NCBI GenBank assembly: GCA_964016885.1
Contig: OZ024747.1
Location: 49,228,001 to 49,292,000 of the forward strand
Length of the DNA stretch: 64,000 bases
Reading direction: 5' to 3'
From: Eledone cirrhosa
Lineage: Eukaryota
In this document: piece by piece, positions 38,960 to 52,812 of the stretch
How the letters are laid out: the number at the start of each line of letters is the position of its first letter
How positions within the stretch are numbered: position 1 is the first letter of the stretch
Program-made: the position numbers and the translations under genes
Notes under the pieces: model-generated
The model's input: the letters and a program-made list of their open reading frames with translations, nothing else
Databases searched by the model: none
What the model was told of the DNA's origin: nothing

Positions 38960-39790
38960 TTGTCATTATTATAGTTGAATCTGAATCTGCAAAAGAGCTA
39001 GAGAAGAAATTCCAACTGAGTAAATAAAACTAAGAATGAAAAGGGCTCAGAGTAAATTTAGCAAAAACTAAGTAAGAGGGAAAGAAGGCAGGATCCTGGT
39101 CCCATCAGGGAAGTGGCCTAGCTCAACATATACAAAAAGGAGTAAGGAGAAATTCTATACAATGTGCATAATGTAAATCTTGGATACAACAAGAGGTGTA
39201 GTATGATAGCAGATTAACAGATGAGGTAGACATCGTATGTAGCAGATAAACAAAGATTGTTGGTAGTGAGAGCATCAACGGAATTAACTTTTCCAATCTC
39301 AGGAAGGTTCTATAGATGTGGTTGATTCTGAAAGTGTAGTAGCTAGAATAAGAATAGGGTGGGAAAAGTTCAAGAACTTTCTAACTCTGTTGGTAACAAA
39401 GGGTTTCCCTCTGTTATTGAAAAATAGTTTGTATGATGCCTGTATGCAAAGTGCAATGTTGCATGATAGTGAGACGTGTGCAACGAATGCAGAGGATATA
39501 TGAAGGTTAGAGAAACATGAATCAAGCATGCTCTGTTAGTGAGCCTGTGTAACGTTAGAGTGCCTGAATAGTGAAGCATGAAGCATGAAAGAAAAGCTGT
39601 GTTCAGATCTTGAGAGGGTTGGGCTCCACCAGGTTTAAAGTGCCCTAGACACGCCATTTGACAGTGCCTCTACAACTCCACAAGGAGTTATAGGACCTTT
39701 TAAAGGCATATGAATAGATGCTTTACTAGAGATGACTTGTTTAACCCATGGAAGCATGGGAAAACAGGTGTTAGAATGATGATGATGATG
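38960..39790 (+). mobile_element. Ancient RTE 3' copy
   Basis: SESVVARIRIGWEKF..LYDACMQSAMLH.SET; (GAT)n tail. Confidence 0.8.
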
Positions 39791-39942
39791 GCTATCTAAG
39801 AATAGAAGAAGGCTTGATGAGAATTAATAATTATTATTAACAGAAATGTGGCTTGATGAGAATTAATAATTATTATTAACAGAAATGTGGCACAAATAAA
39901 TCCCCAAAACCCAGTCTTCAGTAATGCAGTAGTAGTGATAGT

Positions 39943-40120
39943 AATAATTGTTTCTACTTTTGGCACAAGGCCAGCAATTACCCCAGTGCATTACTGGTGC
40001 ATTATTTTATCAACCCTGTAAGGATGAAAGGCAAAGTTAACCTCGGCAGGATTTGAACCCAGAACTCTATGCTGCGAAGCATCGTGTCTAACACTCTACC
40101 GATACTACCATCCACTACCT
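39943..40120 (-). mobile_element. SINE family B with 14-bp TSD
   Basis: AGTGATAGTAATAA on both sides. Confidence 0.88.
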
Positions 40121-40134
40121 GAGTGATAGTAATA

Positions 40135-40975
40135 ACTAGCAGAATGGCCCGGCGTTGCTCGGGATTCTAAACATAGATTGGCATGTTTATCCCTCCTTTC
40201 TGAAACAGTTTCGTCATATGTTCACCAATTGATGCAGAAGTCCTAATAAAAAGTGAAGTCGCCTTGGGTGAATAGGCAAATAATTTTCCATTAAAATTTT
40301 TCAAAAGCATGTAATTGCGTTACCTCTCTTTTTTGTTGTTGTTTTTGCTGATTTTGGTGTGATAGCAGCCATTGGTTGTACTACTAACACAATCTCGTCC
40401 TTCTTCAGCCAATCATGTATATCCCCTTCTGCCTCGTCAGCAATGAGAACAATACTTGCTCTAGGATTCTTATATATTTGATATATATTTATCCTTATCG
40501 GCTCTCGTGAAATAAATACGTTTGTTTATATTTTGTTATTCTGTATGCAAAAATATCTTTACACGAATATATAATTATATATATATTAAAATAACAGATT
40601 AAAGTTTAAGCGAAGAATCGCTGCTTTCACCCTTAACGGGATCTTCTGAAACTAAAAAAATCAATCTGTGAACGCAGAAGTAAATATTTCGAAAAACGTT
40701 ACACACTATATATATATATATACATATATACACACACACACAATCTCATAATGTTGTAATGCAGACAACCAGACATACAGACCGATATTATGAGGCCGCA
40801 ACATTATAGCTATCTAATGTGGTCCCTAGGGCATTGAAAATTTGAAATACCTTTTGCTCAAAACACTCACACGACCATAAGTATTACATGTGTAAAGTTT
40901 GAAAAGAATCGGTTGGGTGGTTCTCGAGTTTTAGGGAGTCAGACAGACAGGCATTCTCTGTTTTAGATATATAAT
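40135..40975 (-). mobile_element. Non-autonomous Helitron-like element
   Basis: Minus strand ends in hairpin CCCGAGCAACGCCGGG, then CTAG-T; far end has AATCGGTT..(CAGA)n..TTTTA typical of Lep1-type Helitrons; nested insert about 40570-40745. Confidence 0.6.
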
Positions 40976-41276
40976 GTATATGCAGTGATTATGTATGACA
41001 GTAACTCCCAACTTTTTCACCATCAAGAAGTCCGTTTATTTAAATGAATTTTCCCATGCGCACCTGGTTAAAATTACTTCCCATCCAGTTAGTTATACAA
41101 TGAGAATAACAATTGCAAGATGGAAATGTTTATTTGACTAGATACCTAATTGTGTGTGTGTGGGGGGGATATGTTTTTAACCTGTAATTTTGAACTTAGC
41201 TCACAAACGCCCCCAGGAGTATCTTTGTTGATCCCTGGGGGGTAGAAACTAGTGGAACAGTTTAATGAAACACATG

Positions 41277-41546
41277 TACTCTTGGGTCCCAAATAATGGG
41301 GCAGGAGGGGGGGGGGTAATTGTATAGTGTAAGTTAGTAAATATGGAATTTCTTGTAATGTTCTTTTTTTGTCATATATAATGTTTTTTTAATATTGAAA
41401 TAAAATTATTATTATAAAATTTTGCCAGAGATAGATTAGCAAAATTTAATTAGCAGAGAGGGGGGTGGGGGGTAAAAACACGGGCATTGGAAAAAATCTG
41501 AAAAATTAATAAGCAGGGGGAAAAGATTATTCAAGACCAGAGAGTA
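41277..41546. mobile_element. MITE-like element with decayed TIRs
   Basis: TACTCTTGGGTCCCAAATAAT versus ATTATTCAAGACCAGAGAGTA; lies between two copies of a 100-bp segment (41180-41277, 41550-41643). Confidence 0.5.
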
Positions 41547-41898
41547 CTTGGAATTTTGAACTTAACTCAGACCCCCGCTCAGGAGTATCTTTGTTGATCC
41601 CCAGGGGTAGAAACCACTGGAATAGCTTAATGAAACACATGTAGCTGAAAGTAGCTCAGTTATTTCTAACCATTTCACTACCAACCCCTTTTATTTAAAT
41701 GAAATTTTCCCCCTTAGATTGTTATATTTTCAAAATAACAAGTGAAAGAGAGAAATGTTTACAATTAGAGAGAATGAACACCCAATAGTGTGTATATATT
41801 ATGTTTATATAGAGAGAGGAATGTACACCCAATAGTGTGTATATATATTATGTTTATATATAGAGAAGAATGTACACCCAATAGTGTATATATATTAT

Positions 41899-41934
<36 letters not shown>

Positions 41935-41937
<3 letters not shown>

Positions 41938-42463
41938 CAGGACTATATTATCCAATGTTGTTATACATACATCAGTGTATATACACTGGACTATATTATC
42001 CAATGTTGTTATATATACAACAGTGTATATAACCTGGACTATATTATCCAATGTTGTTATATATACAGCAGTGTATATAAGCTGGACTATATTATATTGT
42101 TATATATATATCAGTGTATATCCCCTGGACTATATTATCCAATGTTGTTATATATACAACAGTGTATATCCCCTGGACTATATTATCCAATGTTGTTATA
42201 TATTCAGCAGTGTATATAAGCTGGACTATATTATATTGTTATATATACATCAGTGTATATACCCTGGACTATATTATCCAATGTTGTTATATATACAACA
42301 GTGTATATAACCTGGACTATATTATCCAATGTTATATATACAGCAGTGTATATAAGCTGGACTATATTATATTGTTATATATACATCAGTGTATATACCC
42401 TGGACTATATTATCCAATGTTGTTATATATACATCAGTGTATATACTCTAGACTATATTATAT
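41935..42463. repeat. About 45-50-bp AT-rich minisatellite
   Basis: CTGGACTATATTAT(CCAATG)TTGTTATATATACA.CAGTGTATAT repeats. Confidence 0.9.
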
Positions 42464-42916
42464 GTCAAATCTCGCCGAGGTTAACTTTGCCTTTCATCCT
42501 TACGGGGTCGATAAAATAGAGTACCAGTAATGTACTGGGTGATTGCTGGCCTTGTGCCTAAAGTAGAAACAGTTATATGTCTTTACCATAACCTTCTGTT
42601 GACCCACTGTGAGTAAAATTGGGTACACAGAGTGAGGACATCAACCAGATCACTGATGGGTGGATGCTGTTTACCTTGACTTTCCTAAAGCTTTTAATTC
42701 TGTGTGTCTGTATGTGTTAGTGCCCCAGTGTGTGTGTGTGTGTGCCTGTATGTCTGTGTCTGTGCGTGAGTGTCTGTGTGTGTATGTGTCTCTGTATGTG
42801 TTTGTGTCTGTGTGTGTCTGTCTGTGTGTGTGTGCCTGTGTGTGTGTGTCTGTGTGTGTCTATGTCTGAGTGTGTGTGTGTGTGTGTCTGTGTCTGTCTG
42901 TCTGTGTCGGTCTGTC

Positions 42917-42964
<48 letters not shown>

Positions 42965-43021
42965 TATCTTTTGTCACATCGTACGTACATGCATGCATGC
43001 ATGTACGTACGTTTGTATGTA

Positions 43022-45812
43022 TGTTCTTCTGGTTTTATAATTTCACAAATTTGTTACCAGTAGAGAGAGAGTCGGTTTCTAACAATTACAAGACTCCCTC
43101 ATTAGAATTTACACAACATCAACTAGGTAGATATGTATGTATGTCTGCATGTGTAGATATGGATGTTATTGTATGTGTGGATGTGTATGTTGTGAGTTGT
43201 ATGTGTGCATGTGTATATACTTTCTATCTGTACATGTGTATATGCAGTTATTAGATGCAATATTTTTGGAATGTTTTACATATTTTGACTGTTCCATTAA
43301 TGGATTGTACCTGTAATTTCCTAACTAGTTGTGTTCTTTCTGTTTCTGTGAAGCCCAGTTTCTCAAGATTTGTATTGAGGCAGTTACTAACATACCCCAG
43401 TCATAAATCTGAAGGTGTAATCAGGGTGGAGTATCTGCCGATGTCTCATCAGTTCTGCATAAATATTCTCCTTTTCGCTAATCTTTGATATTATATTGGC
43501 ATCTGCTGGGCAGCTAATTTCCACTACTGTGCATGCCTTCTTTTCCCTGTCCCATATTATAATATCTGGTCTGTTATGCCTGCATTTTATTGGAGTTTTT
43601 ACTGGAACGTTCCACCAGTACTCTTTCATATTATGTATATGGATGTCTTCCACATTGCTGTAGCTTTTCATATGCTTTGTATGTGTATATGTAGTTATTA
43701 GATATGTACTCTTCATGTTATGTCTTCCACTTTGCTGTAGCTTTTAATGTGTTTATTATCGAGGCTACCTTTTCTACGGATTTCATTGTACAGTGTTTTG
43801 GCCACTACATCATGCCTCATAGGTAGATAGTACCGTGATGACATCTTTGGACAGCTGCTTATGACATGGGTGACATCTTCAATGTTAATTCTACAGTCTG
43901 CACTTGTTGTCACATCTAGGTGTTTTGCCTGCACCCCTATCTTTTTTGAGAATCAGGTATTTTGTGTTGATTTCCTGTTCTTGGATTGCAAAAGCGTATC
44001 CTTCAAAGTGGGAGCCAATATAGCAGTTGTTGGTCCAAGAGAGACTACTTTGCTTATCTATATTACTCTCACTCTGGAGCTCCCTGGCAACATGTCCATG
44101 CCTAATGGTTTGCTGATAAGCATGCAGTTTTCATCCATGGATTCACTGTGGTACTGCTGGGCAATTTTCCTGGGTGTGAATTTTTTTTTATTATTATGCA
44201 GTAAATATCTTTCAAGGAGTTCCTTTCCAATTCTCATGATCTTGTCTGTCTCATGCAGATAGACTTGCTCAATAGATGGGTTCCTATTCTTCGAGGTTGA
44301 TAAATGTTGTCAGAGGGATATGATGCGACACTCAAATGCTGACTGGACTGATGTTAGGCCTCTGCCTCCCTGCTTACATTTCAAGTAGCGGTTGTCTATG
44401 TCACTGTTGATGTGGAAGTTTCCGGTGTTGTTTAGAATTTTTTAACTTTTAACATCAATTGCTCGGATTTCGTCTATCATCCAATCGAGTATTCCAAACG
44501 TTGGTGTTAGGACAGGAACAGCAAACACATTGTGAGCCACTGTTGTATTGTGTGCAGAGAGTTCCGATGGCCATATTTTTCTTAATCGGGTGTAATATTC
44601 CCTGGTTACGCGTTCCTTATTACAAATACCATTATAGGATATATTCTCATCTATCCCCAGGTATCTATAGCAGTCCTTGTCAGATATTGGTGAAACAGTT
44701 AGGCCATTGATAAAAATGTTGCTAGATTGGGTTTTAGTTTTTCCCTGCTTTACAGTCATATATGAGCATTTATCTTGGCCAAACTCCATTCCTATATCCT
44801 TTGAGAAAGTTGTAACCAGGTCAAGATTTTTCTTCATCCCATCTATGTTCTTGGCAGAGTTTCAGATCAACCACAAAGAAATTATGGGTTAGGTTCATAT
44901 TTCTGTCCTCCTGTGAGCCTTCTTGAGCATAAAGGACAACGGGTTTAATGACAGGATTAATAGTATCACAGAGAGACTGTCACCTTGAAATATACCCCCG
45001 TGATATTCTATTTTATCAGTGAAAATAGAGTCCTCCTTCTCTGTCTTTAACTTTAGGATAGTAGCCCAAGAAGAAGACAGCTTCTCTATGACTCTGATAA
45101 TAATGTCTGGGACTTTAGCAAGTCGGAGGGCTTCTATCATCCAAGAGTGGGGAACAGAATCGAAAGCTTCCCTGTAGTCCAGCCAGACTGTAGCCATATT
45201 CCTCCTAAGTGGTCGCACCTCTGACATCGCAGTTTTGTTGATTAGGAGTTGTTCAGCACACCCCCAAACACCTTTCTTTCCAGCTGCTTGTTCATCTGTG
45301 ATGATGTTATTATTTTCACAGTGATCTTGGAGAAATAGGTTTGGGCAGGCTGTATACAACTTATACATCAGGTTCTGGCATGCAATGGGTCGGTAGTTTT
45401 TTGCTAAGTGGGTGTCTTTGTTCTTGAGGACCAGTATTGTTTGTGCTAATGTCAACCATTCTGGTATAAGTGTATCTCCCTTGAGAACTTGTTGGTAGAG
45501 GTCGATAAGATACCTCCGATAGAATATGAGTTTTTTGTATCAGTAGCCGACAATTATGTCTCTTCCTGGTGTTTTCTTATCTTGGAATTTTCCTATCACA
45601 GTCTCAAGGGTATCCTCATTTATTTCCTATGTTTTTATTGTAGTGTATGAGCAATAGTTCTTTAGGATTTCTTTTAGCTACACTGCATCTTGGTTGAAAT
45701 ACTTCTTTTCACCCCATATATTTCTCCAGACCGAATCTATGTCTTTCTGGGATGGGGCCTCAGTGACACTTATTATTTTGCCCTTCATATCTCTATAGAC
45801 TAATGATGATTT
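43022..45812 (-). mobile_element. R4/Dong-clade non-LTR retrotransposon (RT, CCHC knuckle, RLE), degenerate
   Basis: NYRPIACQNLMYK, GIFQGDSLS, MEFGQDKC, YRYLGI, C..EDVTHVISSC..RHDVVA, NRPDIIIWD..VEISCP; ORF ends near 43251; 3' end abuts (CATA)n. Confidence 0.9.
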
Positions 45813-45814
45813 AT

Positions 45815-46590
45815 TCAATTGTTGTAAAATAGCAACATCAAAAAAAATCCCTTTGTTGGTTATATGAACAGTATGAAGCTACACTGGGACAAAATACATC
45901 CAGAATTAAATCACTTCACAACGAAACACTTACGCTAACAAGCGACGTTTGTTGAATGTAAAAATAAGATAAATATTATTAATTATAAGTCCCCCAAAAC
46001 TAATATGGAATCAATAACACATGTTACAGGTTGCCATGCTACTAGACTTCCTAGCAGCCAGGCCGAACAGTGTCTTGAAACAACTATGACCATAAGAAAT
46101 TTGACACCACGTGTACCATCTGAGTCTACCTCGACTGTTGTGAAAAACACTATCGATAATAATAATCAAAAATATAAACAAATGAAATTTTCACCCAACG
46201 AATTCTTCCGGAGAGAAATTAATTCATGTATAAACATTTCTCTTGCTGAACGTAATAAAACAACAATACTAAATAAAATAAAACAAATAATGAAATCTTA
46301 CGTGCTATTGACGAAATAGGGGATGAATATTTACGACGGATTAAAACCCCTATATTTTGGCAAATCAACGCCAGTTTATATGCCCTAGCAGTGACAGTGA
46401 AGCATTATCTTGGTGATAGCAGAGATATTTACAAGAACAAAACACCACCAAAAATACCATCATATATAACTAAAATAGAAAAAAAGATTGCTGACCTACG
46501 AAAAAATATAGGATATGTGACAATGTTCCTTATATGCAAACAAAAACGAAAAAACTTCACCTCACCAACAAAGAGGGAAAAATAAAATAC
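45815..46590 (+). mobile_element. N-terminal portion of an R4/Dong-type element, inverted relative to the RT part
   Basis: WDKIHPELNHFTTKHLR.QA and IPSYITKIEKKIADLRKNIG resemble R4/Dong N-terminal motifs. Confidence 0.6.
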
Positions 46591-46591
46591 C

Positions 46592-49040
46592 ATCATTGAA
46601 GAAAACCGTCTATGATGTTAGTGCCGTAGTTTTAGGTCATACCAATAGAAAGCATAAGGACTGGTTCAATGAAAATGATGCAGTGATCCAGACCCTGCTT
46701 GAAGAGAAACAAAAAGTGCTGACATCATTGTTGTGTGAGACACGTTCTGACAGTAGTGACCGGACCTTCAGGCAGGTCAAGGCACGTGTGCAACATCGAT
46801 TGAGAGTCATGCAGGATACCTGGTGGAGCCAAAAGGCTGATGAAATCCAGAAGGCCTCAGATAGACATGATACAAAGCTCTTATACAGTCTGCTCAGGGA
46901 GGTGTATGGTCCGACCGATCCACAAATATCACCACTTTGCTCCAGGGACGGCAAGGAATTGCTCAGAGATCCGAAGGAAATCCTGATCAGGTGGCATGAC
47001 CACTTTGATGAGCTTCTCAACAGACCATCAGAAATTGATGATGAGTTCATCCAGTCGATTCCATTCAGACCTACAAAGCTGGCATTGGCTGATCCTCCTT
47101 CATTTGATGAGGTGGCGAAGGCCATTGCCAAATTAAACAGCGGCAAGTCACCTGGAATGGATGGACTGAGTGCCGAGATTTTCAAGTGTGCTGGTGATAA
47201 CTTCTTAAACCGCATCACTGATCTCTTTGTGAATGTTTGGAATGAAGAAGATGTACCACAGGAGTGGAAAGATGCATTGATGGTGGAACTTTACAAAGGA
47301 AAGGGAGCCAAAGATGACTGTGGCAACTACAGAGGTATCTCGCTGCTATTTGTGGCTGGGAAGATCTTGTGCAGGATTTTGTTGGACAGATTGATACAGC
47401 ACATTGCTGTTGAGGTACTTCCTGAGTCCCAGTGTGGCTTTAGGAATGGCAGAGGCACTGTTGACATGATCTTCTTGGCCAAAAAACTTCAAGAGAAATG
47501 CATTGAGCAGCACATGGACTTATACCAAGTTTTTGTTGATCTGACCAAGACATTTGACACCATTAATCGGAAGGCTTTGTGGGTTATTTTGGAGAGATTG
47601 GGCTGTCCTGAAAAGTTTGTGAACATTCTGAAACTCTTCCATGATGACATGCAGGCATGGGTGAATGTTGGAGGTAAACCGTCTGAGCCAATCTCAGTTG
47701 AAAATGGTGTCAAGCAGGGTGATATACCTGCACCAACTTTGTTTGCTTTGTATTTCATGATGGTGTTCTTCATGGCCTTCAGGGATTATCAACACGGTAT
47801 CGATCTCAGATATCGCACTTCCGGCAAGTTGTTTAACCTCAAGCGTCTCACTGCCAACACTAAAGTACTGAGTACCTTGATCAGAGAATTTTTATATGCA
47901 GATGATTATGATCTCATTGCACACTCCCAGGGTGACATGCAATACCTTATGAATTCTTTTTCCAATACATGCAGTGCTTTGGGACTAAAAATCAGTCTGA
48001 AGAAGACTGTCGTTATGTACCAACCTGCTCCAGATAAAGTTTTCAATGAACGCTCCATATACGTATACGGTCAAAAGCTGCTGACACATTTGTGTATTTG
48101 GGGAGTACTCTGAGTGTGGCCTGCTCTCTGGATGCAGATGTTGGTCTACGTGTTAGTAAGGCAAGTGAGTCATTTGGAAGGCTCAATGACCGTCTTTGGT
48201 GCAGGCAAGGAATCACAATGAGGACTAAGGTGAGAGTGTATGCTGCATGTTTACTGTCAGCTTTGCTGTATGCATGAGACATGAGTTGTCTACAAATGGC
48301 ATATCCACAGACTGGAACAGTTTCACCAGCAGTGTCTCAGAAAGATGCTCGGTATCAAGTGGCAGATGCATGTGAGTGATGTTGAGGTCATTGAGTGTCA
48401 GAGCATTGAGTGTATCATCCACCAACGGCGTTTGAGATGGCCCGGACACCTCTGCAGAATGGAGGATGATCGAATCCCAAAACAACTCTTGTATGGCAAG
48501 AGAACACCTCACAAACCAAGGCTCTAATTCAAGGATTGGGTAAAGGACTCATTGAAAAAACTTGGTTTGATGATGGCTGATTGGGAGATAGAAGCTCTTG
48601 AAAGAGAAACTTGGTGTGGAATGGTGAATCTTGGGGTCCATAATTTTGAGGACAGACGCATAGAGCACAAGAAGATCAAATGGGATGTGCGTAAGCAATG
48701 CCTTGGTGTATCTCTCGAAAAAATCGGTGTCTCCATTGAATTGAAGTGCCCTGAGTGTGGAAAGATTTGCTTGAGCAAATCTGGTCTCAGGAGCCACAGT
48801 CGTAGCCATGTTCAAAGAGAACCAGTGAACTATGATCTCCACGGTGTTGTGAGGGTTCACGGGCAACCTGATGCAGGACCTCAAGCCAGGGAGATTCATA
48901 GTTGCCGTCAGTGCATGAAGGAGTGCAAGTCTCTAGTAAGCTTGAAAAGCCATATCCGAGCGTCACACATCTGAATGTGACAAGCGATTGCAATACTCTT
49001 GGCAGAGTTTGCAGCCATCATGTATATATGTATGTATGCA
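46592..49040 (+). mobile_element. BovB-like RTE LINE, 5'-truncated, with two C-terminal C2H2 zinc fingers
   Basis: RKHKDWFNEND, LPESQCGFRNGRGTVDMIF, GVKQG, RYRTSGKLFNLKRL, FLYADD; CPECGK..H.RSH and CRQC..HIRASH; a few frameshifts. Confidence 0.92.
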
Positions 49041-49789
49041 TACAGCCAGCAGTCCCATGCCAGTTTAATCCAGCACCTGGTCATTGGGTGTCTTTAGCAC
49101 AGTCCACTCTGTTGCAAACATTATGGCCCAGATACGTGGGATGATCAGAAATTCAAATGCTTTTGATCAGTGAGAGGTGACCAGGGTTAAACAACAACAT
49201 CAGCTGTTCGACCAGCGTGACAATATTTCACATATGTAATAATCAATTTTTATGACATTTGATTTAGTAGTAGTAGTAGCAGCAGCAGTAGTAGTAGCAG
49301 CAGTAGCAGCAACATTAGCGGTGGTAGTGGTAATAGTAGTCTTTCATATTGTAACTAGACAGTTTTTTAAGGGACAGGGTTCACTTAGGCTAATGTACTT
49401 CGACATACAGAATGTTTGGAGGGGAGGGGGGTGATGTGATGGTCATGGCTGGAACGCCTTCCATTATAGATCTATACGACTAGAAAAAATAAATGTTTAC
49501 TAATTTATAGGTGTGTAATGTCAAACATACACCAACCACCACGCTCACTTGACCTGCTAGAAGTACTAGCTAAAATGTACCCTTCAAAACGTGTTAAATA
49601 AGAAAACGACATGTTAGATAACAAACTATACCTCTATGAAAAATAAAGAAACGTGTAGTTAGGACTGGAATGCCTTTGGTTGATAGGGGTGTTGATGGAG
49701 CTGGCTATGGGAGACCTGGAGTTAAAGCAGCAGAGAAAGAATTCATGGAATAATCAAAAACAACATGTGCGTGTGTGATAGATAAACAG

Positions 49790-50455
49790 AGATATGTTTC
49801 TTTATTAACCACAGGGGCACAAAAGAAGGGGACAAATACAAAGGGGGAAGTTTACATACAATAAAAACGTGTAAAATACTATCACAAATGCAATTTAAAA
49901 ATTAATCGATTTTCCCCAATAGGGGGGGGGGGGGGGGGGAGACATTACATATGGGTAACACATACCCCCGAAAAAATGTGCAACCCTCATCTCCAGAAGT
50001 ACGAAGAGTTTGTACCACTTTCCTCTCTTCCTCTTTTTCCTCAACCTACAGGCTGATATAGAGAGAAGGCCCATTCACTCGGGCCATTCTCGCCACTTTC
50101 ACTCACCCTTCATAAAACTTGCTGGGGTACGGCACCTCTCTCTCCATCCTGGTTCTTTTTCCAAAGTGATATTTGAAAAAAAGAATCAGTTGTTGGCCGG
50201 AGAGAAAGGTGTCTGACCTCAGCCCTTTTAACCTCGTCCACCATACAACCTCTTTCGCCATAGCTATCACACAAAGGAAAACCGCCTCTCATTCGTTTTT
50301 GAAGGAGAGTGGCGGTTTTATCATGACAACGGACTCGGTGGTCAACCGGATTGGTCCCACCCGCGACAATAGTCGTTCTACATAGCCCCACTGGTCGGTA
50401 ACGCCCGAAACAGACAAATAGTTACATAGACACAAGCAGAAAGAGATGAATGGAA
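49790..50455 (-). mobile_element. Tx1/L1-like LINE 3' end
   Basis: Minus strand reads LCVIAMAKEVVWWTRLKG..FFKYH; 3' UTR ends CCCCTGTGGTTAATAAAGAAAC. Confidence 0.6.
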
Positions 50456-50469
50456 ATTTATATTACGTG

Positions 50470-51395
50470 TGAGACGTGGGACTGGCTGGGACTTAGCCCA
50501 GTAGACGTCCCTCCTCCTTCTACCCCTGTTGACGTCAAGTCCCCCCAACGCACTTGGGATGCCATCCAGTGCAGCCTGGCCTCAGACAGGCTCACGCGCC
50601 AGCTCGACCAGCACCGCCTTGCTTGATTTCGTGCGGCCTCCAAACCCCACAGTGGTGCCTGGCTCCATGCCCTGCCCTCCTTCTCCACTGGCATGCAGCT
50701 AGACAACCATAGCCTGCGAATCGGCGCTTCCCTGAGTCTCGGCCTCCGGATCTGCCAGCCACATTAATGTCGCTGCGGTTCCACCGTGGACTCTTTCGGC
50801 CTCCACTCGCTTTCCTGTCGCCACAGTGCCGGCCGCATCCCACGCCATGCTGCCCTCAACGAGGTCATTAAGCATGGCTTGGACGCTGCAGGCTTCCCTT
50901 CCCAGCTCGAGCCGGTGGGGCTGGATCGAGGGGACGGCAAAAGGCCAGATGGCATGACCATCTTCCCGTTCCGCGGTGGCAAACCCCTCGTCTGGGATGC
51001 CACTTGCACCGACACTTTCTGCAGCCGCAACCTGGTGCAGTCTGCAACTGACCAAGGTTCTGCTGCACGTCGGGCTGAGGGGGCCAAAATCCTCAAATAC
51101 CAGTCGCTCTCCGACAGGTTTGCGGTCTTCCCCTGGCAGTGGAGACTTCTGGTGTCCTCGGCTCCAGGGCTACCTCCTTACTCACCACCATAGGCGCTGA
51201 GCTGGCCAGCCGCAGGTGTGAGCCCCGCGAGTTGGAGTGGCTTTTCCAGCGCGTCTCCCTTGCCGTCCGCCGGGGAAACGCCTTCTCCATTCTGTCCGCC
51301 GGGGCTGTGGGTGGACCCCATCGCGTACCAATACATTAGTTAAATACCATTCTTTCATCTGATACAACACAATAAAGACTAAAGTGTTTAAAAAT
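50470..51395 (+). mobile_element. CRE-clade non-LTR retrotransposon 3' part (zinc knuckle plus RLE)
   Basis: [66 protein letters not shown]; GC-rich. Confidence 0.88.
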
Positions 51396-51628
51396 TGGTA
51401 CGTGTGTGTGTATGAATGTTTTGGATTAAGATATTACAGTCGAGATATCTTTAATTCGTGTCAAACAGTTTGCTTTTTAGCTTTGTTTAACTAAACCTGT
51501 TTTGTTGTTGATAGTAAATAGATTGTACTACTGTGTATTTATATATGTGGGTGTGTGTATTTTTAGGGTAATGATAAAAGAAATAGCAGCTAACACAGAA
51601 TAACGACACATATATTTACACACTGTAA

Positions 51629-51660
<32 letters not shown>

Positions 51661-51750
51661 CGCAGAAGGAAAATATATTGACAATTCTTACTAGACAATA
51701 CAATAATGCTGTTAAGTAAAACTGAATGTTTTTGTGTAGGTATATGTATG

Positions 51751-51801
<51 letters not shown>

Positions 51802-52141
51802 GGATAAGTGTAATGCAAAACAAATAAACCGTCACTGCTAATTAATACAGAGCTACCTCACCATTAAATCTCATTACTTAATTTTATAAAGCCTAACAGT
51901 AGTACATATTCACATCTCTCTTTCTCTCTCTATATATAGATAATATAATATAATTATTAAATATATAAATAAATAAATAAATGCCATTGTTAAATAATAA
52001 ATAAATCAACTAATACCTGAGCACTTCACACAAAGTAAAACATTTCGTTTTAATCATTTTCTAACCCAGAAAAAAGAGAGAGAGAAACAAAAAAGGAAAA
52101 AAATATTTTTTTCTTCCTAATAATCGTCTCTTTCTTCCTGT

Positions 52142-52172
<31 letters not shown>

Positions 52173-52396
52173 AACAATTAAGTTAAAAATGTACATCCAC
52201 ATATGTATACTGAAATACTAGTATGCATATGAATACACACACGTATACATATGTAGATGTACCAAGTTTTTCACTGGTCACTTTACTGTGAGTGTCCAGC
52301 TATTCTGTATGTAAACACACAGACAAACCGGTTTTTAGAGTCATACTGGTTTTTGAGGAAACACCTTTCCTCTATTCTCCAGAAAGCCAGACAAGG

Positions 52397-52441
52397 AATA
52401 TTGAACTAGTTTCGTTGTTGTTACAACTCATCAGCAATATT
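52397..52441 (-). ncRNA. Minimal type I hammerhead ribozyme
   Basis: Minus strand: aatattg-CTGATGA-GTTGTaacaACAAC-GAAA-CTAG-TT-caatatt. Confidence 0.8.
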
Positions 52442-52767
52442 TACCTATCTTCCGGCCTTTCTGGAGAATCGTAAAAGCACATATCGTTATATGCTTTTTC
52501 TATGAAAATTAGTAGTGGGCAGACTAATTTGCATAGAGTGTGAGTACGTACCGGTTCAACGGAGACGATAAAAACAAATAACGAAACGAAATTAAATTTC
52601 GTTTCGTTTGTAACTCACTTTTGTATGACTGACGCTTAAACAATTAAGTTAAAAATGTACATCCACATATGTATACTGAAATACTAGTATGCATATGAAT
52701 ACACACACGTATACATATGTAGATGTACCAAGTTTTACGATTCTCCAGAAAGGCCGGAAGATAGGTA

Positions 52768-52812
52768 AATATTGCTGATGAGTTTTAACAACAACGAAAC
52801 TAGTTCAATATT
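52768..52812 (+). ncRNA. Minimal type I hammerhead ribozyme (mirror copy)
   Basis: aatattg-CTGATGA-GTTTTAACAACAAC-GAAA-CTAG-TT-caatatt. Confidence 0.75.

Noticed and set aside
42655-42705. DAVYLDFPKAFNSV peptide
   Set aside because: Probably a tiny CR1-like RT remnant, too short to annotate confidently.
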